This document shows, in pieces, positions 29,526 to 40,065 of a DNA stretch of 64,000 nt. Each line of letters starts with the position of its first letter. Position 1 is the first letter of the stretch. The DNA is from Eledone cirrhosa (Eukaryota), in the NCBI GenBank assembly GCA_964016885.1, contig OZ024745.1, forward strand, positions 10,602,001 through 10,666,000. Direction: 5' to 3'. The position numbers and the translations under genes are program-made. Below the pieces are notes generated by a model. It was not told the origin of the DNA. It was given only the letters and a program-made list of their open reading frames with translations, and searched no databases.

Positions 29526-29529
<4 letters not shown>
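29339..29529. mobile_element. Fold-back palindromic element in (TA)n, copy 2
   Basis: Perfect 51-bp arms 29339-29389 and 29399-29449 with a 9-nt loop GTCCAGAAA, then an ~80-bp unique tail into (TA)n. Confidence 0.85.
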
Positions 29530-29565
<36 letters not shown>

Positions 29566-29568
<3 letters not shown>

Positions 29569-29605
29569 ATAATAAATTTGAAGACTAAACTTTAATGTTA
29601 TTTTA

Positions 29606-29649
<44 letters not shown>

Positions 29650-29691
29650 GTAATAATAAATTTGAAGACTAAACTTTAATCTGTTATTTTA

Positions 29692-29752
<61 letters not shown>

Positions 29753-29790
29753 ATAATAAATTTGAAGACTAAACTTTAATCTGTTATTTT

Positions 29791-29797
<7 letters not shown>
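29566..29797. repeat. Three ~47-bp mini-units separated by (TA)n
   Basis: GTAATAATAAATTTGAAGACTAAACTTTAATCTGTTATTTTAATAAA at 29566, 29650 and 29750. Confidence 0.85.
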
Positions 29798-29837
<40 letters not shown>

Positions 29838-30111
29838 TAATATATATTATATAAAAAAATTTTTTTTCGCTCTATATGGCTAAATACAATAAATGTAATG
29901 AGTTTTTCGAATATTAATAATAACATTCGATTCGTTTGCAATTATGAAAATAAGCCTCATTTTTAAAGCCATGTCAGTAGAATGAACCCTTCATTCTTGC
30001 TCTTGTGTTGGCATGCGAACAGAACTGCAGACACTAATGTTTCTGGGTATCACCCTTCATCAGTACAGCTCACTTGTCACCTGCCAACTGTCAGAGCTAG
30101 TGAAAACTCAG

Positions 30112-30159
<48 letters not shown>

Positions 30160-30179
30160 CCTGTGTGTGTGTATGTGTA

Positions 30180-30530
30180 TTTCCGTCTATTTTTTCCATG
30201 CATGCCTGGGTTAGACGAGATCCTTTGTTACAGGTTTACAGCCAGTTACCCTTCCTGATACCAACCCATGTTTTATTCTAAGTATCGTAGTATATATACC
30301 ACTGATATTTGTTAAACTGTCATGCGAGAGGGGGACATTGTTTATGGAGGACAAACAAATGTCACTGCTGGTTTTGTAATCTGTCGTTATGACGTTTTTA
30401 GCGATTGGCTAACTGGCGCGCACGCACAACATTCATATAAATGACGGGCTTCTTTACAGTTGCCGTCTACCAAATTCACCCACAAGGCATTAGTCTACCC
30501 AGGTGCTGTAGTGTCTAGGTAGAAGACGCT
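30180..30530 (-). mobile_element. Degenerate SINE (core plus RTE-type tail)
   Basis: GACGGGCTTCTTTACAGTTGCCGTCTACCAAATTCACCCACAAGGC core and TTTCCGTC...CATGCATGCCTGGGTTAGACG tail, like the other RTE tails in the window. Confidence 0.55.
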
Positions 30531-30693
30531 GACTGAGGGTGACAACCGACTGTAGACCCCCCCCCCCCATAGTTTTGCTCGACTAGAAATGCTCGGGGAC
30601 TAAACAACAACTACAGCAACAACAATATAAAGAACGAGAAAGAAATAACAAAAGGAAATAGAAGATGTACTCTTTTATATGTGAGTATATATA

Positions 30694-30742
<49 letters not shown>

Positions 30743-31196
30743 TGTATATATGTATATATATATATATGCATATATATAACGAAAAGTGAGTCGAAACTTA
30801 GACGGCTGTTTTCCACCAATTCGAGGTATATTATTTTTTTACTCTACGAACCTTTTTTTTCGTCACAGCAATAGTGGCCACAGGAATTGGACAATGGTGA
30901 TCACAACCATGACAATTTGAACCATGATAATTTGAGCAAATATTGCAGGGTCATCTATGTCATACTGGTGTTACCTGCTAGGGTTTATTGGTGGATTCTG
31001 TGTCTGGAATTTTCGTTCTTTTTCGTTTCGATGGAATTGTTTGATGTCGGTTTTTGAACGCCACAGTTTCATCACGGCTGTTTCACTACATCACTTTAGG
31101 GCATATCATTCATTTCAACTGGAACATCCTCTGGGAAAGGGCCGTAGGGTACACAGAGTGGGCACTCCTTTGGCTATTACTTCGTTGCGCGAGTTT

Positions 31197-31691
31197 TTAA
31201 CATGGCCCGCATGGTCCACATGGCCCGCATGGCCCACATGACCCACATGGTCCGCACGGTCCACATGGCCCGCACGGTCCACATGGCCCGCAGGGTGCAC
31301 ATGGTCCGCAGGGTGCACATGGTGGATGTGGTACCAGGTGTGATAACATTGAAGAAACCTTCGATTGTTCTGCTACTACCGCAGCCTGTTGACACACAAT
31401 TCGGGCTTGTCTCGAAGCTATTTTCGCTGATTGTCTGGCTACGACAGCTCTACAAGGTTTATTTGGGCAAGCACAGTGACTGTGGCAGTGACCGTGACAA
31501 TGTCCATGGTGGCCGTGGTGGCAATGGTCATGGCAGTTTCCGTGTCCATGACAATGTCCGTGATGTCCATGACAGTGTCCATGACAGTGTCCATGATGTC
31601 CATGGCAGTGTCCATGGTGTCCATGACAGTGATGATGGCATGGGCTATGGGTGTGTAATATAAGGGAATCGGTTACCGAATCACAACTCAT
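31197..31691 (-). CDS. Intronless 164-aa His/Cys/Gly-rich, heptad-repeat, (Cys-Gly-Pro)n protein; probable sperm-tail or metal-binding structural protein
   Basis: AAAC-ATG start, TAA stop, GC-rich island in AT-rich DNA. The repeat codons vary almost only at third positions (TGT/TGC, GGA/GGG, CCA/CCG/CCC), which indicates selection on this frame. Confidence 0.82.
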   Translation of the reverse strand: MSCDSVTDSLILHTHSPCHHHCHGHHGHCHGHHGHCHGHCHGHHGHCHGHGNCHDHCHHGHHGHCHGHCHSHCACPNKPCRAVVARQSAKIASRQARIVCQQAAVVAEQSKVSSMLSHLVPHPPCAPCGPCAPCGPCGPCGPCGPCGPCGSCGPCGPCGPCGPC

Positions 31692-31943
31692 GTTTCTACT
31701 AATTCTTTACAAAATGTCAAAATAAATATTGTATTTTCTCCTCTGAGTTGACACAATTTCGTTTTGGTAAACTGGACTTTATTTTAACAATCTCCTTTCA
31801 GATTGCGAAATCCTAACCAATATAAACAGCTTCGTCTAATAGCCTAAAGTTGTTCAATGAAAAGAGGATAACGGTCAAAGTGTTCCCACTTCACTTGGCT
31901 TTCGATTTGATTATGAAATTTTCAAAAATTACGCGGCAGATCA

Positions 31944-31957
31944 TTATGACGTCATAA
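31944..31957. promoter_or_regulatory. Full CRE (TGACGTCA) within a 14-bp perfect palindrome TTATGACGTCATAA
   Basis: ~255 bp upstream of the 31691 ATG; CCAAT at 31817-31821 and C/EBP-like ATTGCGAAAT at 31802-31811 lie between. Confidence 0.5.
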
Positions 31958-32094
31958 AACATTCTACGTTATAGTTTGACCGTTATAAAGAGATAGAATT
32001 GATATTCTCACGAAATTACAATTATTTGAAAAAACAAAACAAAATAAAAATAAAAATAAAAATAAAATGTAAATTTATGTAACTATAACCATCG

Positions 32095-32397
32095 TTTGTC
32101 ATTGACGTTCTGTGTTCAAATCCCACCGAGACTAGTTTTACATTTCATCCTTAGAGGTTCAAATAAATTAAGGTCCAGTAATTTACTGGGGCCGATTAGT
32201 CGACTTTTCCCTCTTCCCTGGAAACTACAGGCCTTGTGCCTAAATGTAGATAAAAAAAAAAATTTTTTTTTGAATAGTTATACAATAATTGTTTCTACTT
32301 TTGGCACAAGGCCAGCAATTATCCCAGTGTATTACTGGTACTTTATTTTATCGGCCCTGTAAGGATGAAAGGCAAAGTTAAACTCGGCGGGATTTTT
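32095..32397. mobile_element. Two SINE fragments in opposite orientation
   Basis: GTGTTCAAATCCCACCGAG...TTTCATCCTT (+) and TTTATCGGCCCTGTAAGGATGAAAGGCAAAGTTAAACTCGGCGGGATTT (-). Confidence 0.65.
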
Positions 32398-33531
32398 AGT
32401 TATACAATAATGAAAATATTTAAAACATTAGATAATAAATAAGAAGAGAAAAAAGGTGGGCAGGGGAAGAAAAGGTTAAAAAGGGAAGGGGATCTTTGGT
32501 TGGGTGGTACATTTCAGCTGAAAGAGAATCTCCCTGAGAACTACGTTATAGGTACACGTGTTTGTGGGATGCTCAGCCACTTGTACGTTAATTTCACATG
32601 CAGGCTGTTCCGTTGATCGTATCAACTGGAACGCTCGTCGTCGTAACCGACGGAGAGCCGCTTACATCTCAGCTGCATCTCGCGGACAAAATTGTAAAAG
32701 CATTCCTTGGGAAAACAGCCAGCGACATCCACTACATCAACCATTCCACCTCCACAGAGTTCCTTCTTTTCTTTAGGCGGGATGTACGCCACTCAATTTT
32801 GTGGAGGAAAATGGTGTCCTCAGTTGGGGACAGAGGACACGAAAGGTTTCGGTGGTAACCGACAGGAAAAGGGAAGCTGTTGGTCAAATCCTAGTATATC
32901 GTTATCTTCCCCTCCTCTCTGTTATGGTCAGCGGCATCAGGAGGTGTCGCAACATGTGCCATCCTATATTATTTATCTTACCCTCGAGAGGTGTTATCTC
33001 GTTTGGGTCCCCCCTACCGTCACCAGGTTCGACCCCGACATGCTCCAATAGCGATAGGAATCCAGCCGAGTCAGGACTTCTGATGATATCATTGAAGATG
33101 GCGTGTCCAGGGATTCAGCCTGCACTGTAAAGACTATCGTGTAGATGTAACCCGAACAGGTCGACAATGGCTCCAGGTACTTGTGTGGATCATACAGGGG
33201 AAGGTCAAGGTGCAGGGCCACTCCCCCTCATCTCTATCTATTAATATATCTATCAATGTATGTATGTATATGATACACACCCACACGCATATATACATAC
33301 ACACACACACACACACGCATATATATATATATGGATTATATATATATACATATATATACATATATATTGTTATACTTTGGGAGGGTCATGTTGCCAATAA
33401 GAAACACACGCACCAGTTGCTTTCACTTCAATTTATTATATATTTATAAATTTATAAATTTACAAATCTACAAACTTATAAATTTCTGGTTGGTTGGTTG
33501 GTTCCACAACCAGATAGTTGTTTATATATAT

Positions 33532-33576
33532 AGTCATAGTCCTTTCGTCACACACTCTGTGACCTCTTCAGTGACT
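33532..33576 (-). ncRNA. Minimal type I hammerhead ribozyme (Penelope-like)
   Basis: Minus strand AGUCA CUGAAGA G GUCAC agagugu GUGAC GAAA GGAC UA UGACU: 5-bp stem I, 5-bp stem II, complete core, CUA cleavage triplet, minimal stem III. Confidence 0.72.
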
Positions 33577-33724
33577 GGGGATTCCTTCTCTTCGTTTCTG
33601 TGCCTTTTCTTTCTTCTATCCTACGCCATTTTGTTTCTGTGTGTGTGTTGTGTGCTCAGTTTGCGCATGTGCCACATCCGGGTGTCTGTGTGTGTTTGTG
33701 TTCATTTTTCTATTTGTTTATTTA

Positions 33725-33756
<32 letters not shown>

Positions 33757-33844
33757 ACAATATCGGTTTCAACACACGATTTCAGATAAAAAATCTTGCT
33801 AAACAAATTCAGAAACGAAATATACATATATATATATATATATG

Positions 33845-34622
33845 TATAATAATAATAATAAATTTGAAGACTAAAATCCAAAGAGGGCTCGATAAGGATA
33901 AATATATATCAAATATATAAGAACCGTAGAGCAAATATTTATTAAAATAACAGATTAAAGTTTAAGCAAAGAATCGCTGCTTTCACCCTTAACGGGATCT
34001 TCTGAAACTAACAAAGTCAATCTGTGAACGCAGAAGTTAATATTTCAAAAAACGTTGCAACCGGAGGAAGACAGGAAGACGATACTTTGGTTCGTGGAAA
34101 CGTTCGCTGGCAAAGAACGGGAAAAAACGAATATAATACGTCATAATTGGAGCGGTGAAAAACAATTACACGCAAAGACAAAACCACGTTTATGGTATAA
34201 AAGAAGTCGTAGACTAATGTTCTCTTAGGTGGTTCATAGAGACGTTCTCTGGCAATGAACGAAAAAAACGAAGATAATACGTCATATGTGGAGCGTGAAG
34301 AACAATTGCACGCAAAGACAAAACCACGTAAATGGTATAACTGAAGTCGTAGACTAAAATTCTAACTAGGAAACCGAATGATTCTCGGCTTCAGAGTTAA
34401 GAATAAAGTAAATAAAATACAGAAGTAAATGAAATTAAATAAATACATACACGCATCCATATACGTACATACACAAGCATACGCGAAAACACTCGCCATA
34501 GGTATACAAATACACGCACGTACACAAAAAAACAAAAACAAAAAAACTGCAGACACATACAGAACCCACGCAACGCCTGTACCCGCATGCATACGAATGT
34601 ATACACCAAATACACATAAAAA

Positions 34623-34653
<31 letters not shown>

Positions 34654-34830
34654 TATATATGTGTGTGTGTATGTGCGTGTATACATATAATTAAATAAAC
34701 GTATATAAATAAATAAATACGTATATAACAAGCGCACACACATACCTACTTTGTTAGTTTCAGAAGATCCCGTTAAGGGTGAAAGCAGCAATTCTTTGCT
34801 TAAACTTTAATCTGTTATTTTAATAAATAT
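33845..34830. mobile_element. Element with ~82-bp inverted repeats, probably Penelope-derived, in (TA)n
   Basis: 33935-34017 is the reverse complement of 34749-34830; there is an internal ~140-bp direct duplication (34109-34217 and 34250-34356). Confidence 0.65.
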
Positions 34831-34831
34831 A

Positions 34832-34869
<38 letters not shown>

Positions 34870-34873
34870 TACA

Positions 34874-34939
<66 letters not shown>

Positions 34940-35671
34940 GTGTATATATGTATATATGTGTGTGTATATATATACATGTGTGTGTACGTGCGTGTGTGCG
35001 CGTTCGTGCGTGTAGGTGTGTGTGTGTGCGTCTGTATGTATGTACGTATGTATGTGTGTATATGTATCTATGTACGTATATGTGTGTGTGTGTCTGTGTG
35101 TGTATATGTATCTATGTATTTATATTTGTGTTTGTGTGTGAACAAAATGTCTTTACAATCAAGGTAGACGTACTTGTAGAAACCTGCACCGATATTTGTA
35201 ATATTTTATTTGATGCTAGAGGAAACCCGCTCTATTGACACAAAAACCACAAAATAATTCAACATAGCCTGCAAGCTTTTATAGGTTTGGCAGCCTCTAT
35301 TTCTGAAGGAAACCATGTGACAGAAGCCTCAGACCTGTTTAGACAGATGCTGTCTTTCATATTCTATCTCTCCGACATCATTTATTTAAGAAGACCAATA
35401 AAAAAATCGATACATCCGCAAGATAAAACAAAAAACAAAAAAATCTTACAATTTGAAAGTAAAATTCTCAAAAAATATCTGACATCTGTATTTCATACGA
35501 GCTAAGAACTGTTGGAAGGTTTCCTCATTGAAACTGAAGAAGACAACTGCTGGGTTTTATAGCACCACCTAGACCCTGGTGGGTATTTAACATGGTGTGT
35601 TCTGTTGCTTTCATACGGCCATCAAGCAGCATGAAGGCAACTACAAATATCTACTAAACAATGTAAAATAA

Positions 35672-35795
35672 TTGTTTCTACTTTTGGCACAAGGCCAGCA
35701 ATAATTCCAGTGCATTACTGGTACTTTATTTTATCGACCCCGTAAGGATGAAAGGCAAAGTTAACCTCGGCGGGATTTAAACTCGGATCGTAAAA
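35672..35795 (-). mobile_element. SINE fragment
   Basis: Near-identical to 32290-32395 and 38480-38640. Confidence 0.7.
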
Positions 35796-36370
35796 TGAGA
35801 TGGTACAGTTACGAGACAAGGTCTGGTAGATTGTCCAAGACAACAGTTCAAGAAAAAGATTCCTAAGAAGTCAGAATTGATAAAAAAAAAAGAAAATGGG
35901 CGGAATGGAACGATAGAGATTTTGCAGCAATTCTTGACCCGTGACAGAGATGGGTGGATGGAGGTAGTATACTGTTTCACCCCGCTTCGCCCCTTTCGAA
36001 CCTAGAAGGCCAGGATATCGGTAGTGGTAACAGTATTCCTTTGCAGTCAGGTCTCCAGATATTTGAAGATAGTTTGATTTCTTGATGAACTTTATTCTAC
36101 TACATCTCGCGAGATGTGGTTTCTTGTTCATACATTCTACCGCCTCCGAGGCACGGCAATAAAGTTACGTTTCATTCTCCATTCCTTGACCAAGCCATAG
36201 AAATGTACACACCAATACAGGTCTTGCACGTCTATATATTCTATAAAATTCAAAAGATGTAAAGATGAATTATAGCTTTTCTTGTACTAATGACTGGTCT
36301 CCGTCATATTTTAAACCCTGTCTTTTTGTAAACAAAACCAAAAAACAGATACTGAAATACTTTATAAATA

Positions 36371-36408
<38 letters not shown>

Positions 36409-36705
36409 TGAAACTCGGTAAGTTTCACCGTGGGACCAAAACTGTCAGTAGTGCCACCTTTCTGTGGAAAATAGAACATTCAGTAGGTGGTGTAAAATAT
36501 CGCAGCTTGATCATGTTATTGAAGTCAGCTAAGAAATGTGTTTTCATAAATATATATCATAGACTTGCCGAATATAAGCCGAAACCGCTAGGCGTCGCGG
36601 TCAGGTTTTTACCCCCTTTTTTCTACCAACTCATAATATTATAATATTATAAAATTAAATCAAATTGTTTAGAACTACAAGTGAAGTCATTCTTTTCCTT
36701 TTTTT

Positions 36706-36744
<39 letters not shown>

Positions 36745-37109
36745 ATGAAACGAAATTTCATTTCTCACTCTTAGTACGGCTGATACCTAAATATAAGTAT
36801 GTATACGTACATACTTATATGTATACAGACGTACAGTAGTATGTATATATATACATACATAAACACACATATATATGTACGTATGGATTTACCGAACATT
36901 TATTATAATGTTCGGTTTGTTTGTAAACAAACAGCCCGTATAGTGGGAATACGAAGAAAGCAAGAACAAGGTGGTGGTGGAGGGGGGGGGGGGAGGGGAG
37001 GGAGAGTTTTCCTCATCAGTTGTCTGCTGGGGATCTAGGATATTTCTACGCTTTAAAGACAAGATTTAAATAGCAACTACACAGCCATTTCTATTCTCTC
37101 TTTATATAT

Positions 37110-37340
37110 ATATATGTGTAAAAGGTAAACAGAAATAACAACACAATCAGTACAGTATATGGAAGGGATATATTAGATTAACGCTTGAAATAGCAGGAAG
37201 AGGGTCTTAACGTTTCGGACGCTAGTCCTTCATCAGAAGAAAGAATGAGAAATAAGAAAGATTGAAGGGACAGGTGGGTTGGAATTGGAAAAAATGTCTT
37301 TAGATAAAAATAACAGGTCCCTTCATGTTGACATCTCTTG
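37110..37340 (-). mobile_element. Penelope-like pLTR fragment
   Basis: Homologous to 10933-11155; carries an intact hammerhead and ends in (TA)n. Confidence 0.7.
37205..37240 (-). ncRNA. Minimal type I hammerhead ribozyme
   Basis: Minus strand UCUU CUGAUGA A GGAC uagc GUCC GAAA CG UU AAGA: core intact, 4-bp stems I and II, palindromic ACGU stem III suited to a dimeric fold. Confidence 0.75.
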
Positions 37341-37351
37341 TGTGTGTGTGT

Positions 37352-37390
<39 letters not shown>

Positions 37391-37466
37391 AATAACTGCG
37401 AAGACAAGATGTCAATTTTTCATATTGTACATTTTATTCTCTTACACAAGGTGACGTGATGCGTAT

Positions 37467-37812
37467 TTCTAGGTGTGTTCATTGGTCAGTTCTAGGTGTG
37501 TTCATTGGTCAGTTCTAGGTGTGTTCATTGGTCAGTTCTAGGTGTATTCATTGGTCAGTTCTAGGTGTGTTTATTGGTCAGTTCTAGGTGTGTTCATTGG
37601 TCAGTTCTAGGTGTGTTTATTGGTCAGTTCTAGGTGTGTTTATTGGTCAGTTCTAGGTGTGTTCATTGGTCAGTTCTAGGTGTGTTTATTGGTCAGTTCT
37701 AGGTGTGTTTATTGGTCAGTTCTAGGTGTGTTCATTGGTCAGTTCTAGGTGTGTTCATTGGTCAGTTCTAGGTGTGTTCATTGGTCAGTTCTAGGTGTGT
37801 TCATTGGTCAGT
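37467..37812. repeat. 23-bp minisatellite (~15 copies), each with an ATTGG (CCAAT box)
   Basis: Unit TTCTAGGTGTGTTCATTGGTCAG. Confidence 0.93.
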
Positions 37813-38479
37813 TATGTCGAACGGACAAACCTTCTTTCAGACGTAAAAAAAAAAAAATGAAATAATAATGTCGGAAAAATATCGGTATTTGTTTTGGGGA
37901 GTTAGAAAACAGAAACAAAATTCACCTCATTTAAAACTGCAAAGACCCCCACCCCACTCCTGAAAAAAAACAAGAAAAACAAAACAAAACAAAAAACAAA
38001 CAAACAAATAAAAGATGAAATATTATTGAAGTTTTGATTTGCTTCGATCTTTCAAGTATAATTATCGATAAATGGGTTTTCATTTACTTATCTTTTTGAT
38101 AACTGTGATGTTTAAACCTTTGAAGGTCGTGGCTAAATATGTCTCACACACACACAGACACACTGACACACACATACACACATAGACACACAGACAGACA
38201 GGCGCATACACACAGACAGACGCAGAGACACTGACACAGACACAGACAGACACACAAATACACACAGACAGACACACACACACATATATACTTTTGGTAC
38301 AAGGCCAGCAAAAAGAACGTTTTATTATTATTATAATTTTTTTCCCAAGTGATAAATAATGTCTTATTACTTATTTAGGCAATTATATTTTATCAATATA
38401 TTATTCACACACACACACACAAACAGATGGAGAGATAAATAGTTACACTGACACACACACATATTGATTAAATAATAAT

Positions 38480-38662
38480 TTCTAGTATAGGCACAAAGCC
38501 AGTAATTTGGGGGGAGGAGAAAGTCGATTAAATCGACCCCAGTACGTTACTGGTACTTTTTATTTTATCGACCCCGTAAGGATGAAAGGCAAAGTTAACC
38601 TCGGCGGGATTTGAACTCAGACCATAAAGGGCCGTAACTCTTTACTGCCAATCCACCGCCCT
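38480..38662 (-). mobile_element. SINE
   Basis: GTCGATTAAATCGACCCCAGT...TTTATCGACCCCGTAAGGATGAAAGGCAAAGTTAACCTCGGCGGGATTTGAACTCAG. Confidence 0.75.
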
Positions 38663-40006
38663 TAAGATAAATTTAATGTAAATATAACTGAAATTAAACA
38701 ATTCTGGTTTGCAATATGCTATAAGATCTGATCACGGTCAGAAAAGTAAGAGAACCTATCTTCTGATGAGCAGCCAACTAACTATGAAATACGTAAAAAC
38801 ATTCCCTATATTTTTCTGTGGATGAAATGAACAACAATACATTTACATTTGTTCAGGTTTTCCCAGCGAGGCTTATAATTAAAAAAAACAACCCCATCTT
38901 CGCCTTTGTTATACGCTGTATCGTGCATAAATATTTATTATTTAATTAAGCACATTGACGGCGAATGTACATTTAACTGATTTTAGTGGTTTTGTTTAGA
39001 TTTAGAACTATTGCAAAAGTAATTTTAGATTTTTGTTGAATGATTGAACGAATTATAAAGTGACCATTTTTATAGTCATGCTATTCATCTTACAAAGAAT
39101 TATACTTAGGAAGTTAAGGTTTTGCTAGATTATATTTTTAGATTTTTTTAGACATCGCATTCTTTCTTCCCTGCAGCTATTTTGGTTAAACATGGCCGCA
39201 ACTTTTCAGTTTATAAAGAACGAGTCAGAAAGATTTATAGACGTATTGTCTGCTTAGAACCTAATTTATGTCGGTCTAGACTAACACCTATTGAATTTTT
39301 AAGCTGTGACATTGCATGTCTAGTGTATTGTATTGCAGACTTGAGTATTAATTTCTATGATATAATATAGTATAGTGTAATATTGTTATATGTCAAATCA
39401 ATATTTCTATGATATCAAATCAATATTTCTATGGTATAATATAGTATGATATTGTTATGAGTCAAATCAATATTTCTATTTCAAGGCTGCAAATGATTTC
39501 GTCATTTTACTATTTCCACACTCATATGTTGGTTATTTCAGTTATTTCGTAGTTACTGGCCATTTATTCAGTGTTTCAAGGGGATGAGGAACTTGCTGAA
39601 GAGATGGATGAAGGTAGTCTTCTTTAAAAAATAAAGTTGATCAGAAAAAAAGTTGTGAATACTTTGCGAGAGATAAAGCAAAATATAGAAATGTGAAAAA
39701 TGACTTAGACGAACATGTTAAATAATTAACGAAGTTTTCCGAATTGTATTTCATAAAGTAGACAAGGTGAAATTAGAATACCCCGAGGGAAATGTTTTGT
39801 TTCATTTTTTATATAATGTCTCGCCACCTGTTGATGACATAGGAATTTGTCAGGAAATAAGCAGCTTCTTTTGCTAAAATATCGTCTGGGTTAGTCGTTA
39901 CCTGTGTGTTATATAGCCAGACAAAGAACACAGACAAAGAATCACAGAACATAATTATTTAAACAATGGTGTTAAGGCTGTAGTTTAGGAACTGATGCTA
40001 TCCATG

Positions 40007-40040
<34 letters not shown>

Positions 40041-40065
40041 TGTATGTATGTATGTATGTATGTAT

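Noticed and set aside
31115-31663. Overlapping ORFs in other frames or strand of the CGP gene
   Set aside because: Synonymous-site variation fits only the 31691-31197 frame.
32660-33230. GC-richer unique stretch, possibly a decayed transposon ORF
   Set aside because: No diagnostic motif recognised in any frame.
35140-36250. Unique sequence with short ORFs (e.g. MNKKPHLARC...)
   Set aside because: No recognisable homology, an in-frame stop just upstream, and no clear splice signals; cannot be called without a search.
38755-38800. CTGATGAG...GAAATACGTA hammerhead candidate
   Set aside because: Stems I and II do not pair convincingly; at best a decayed copy.
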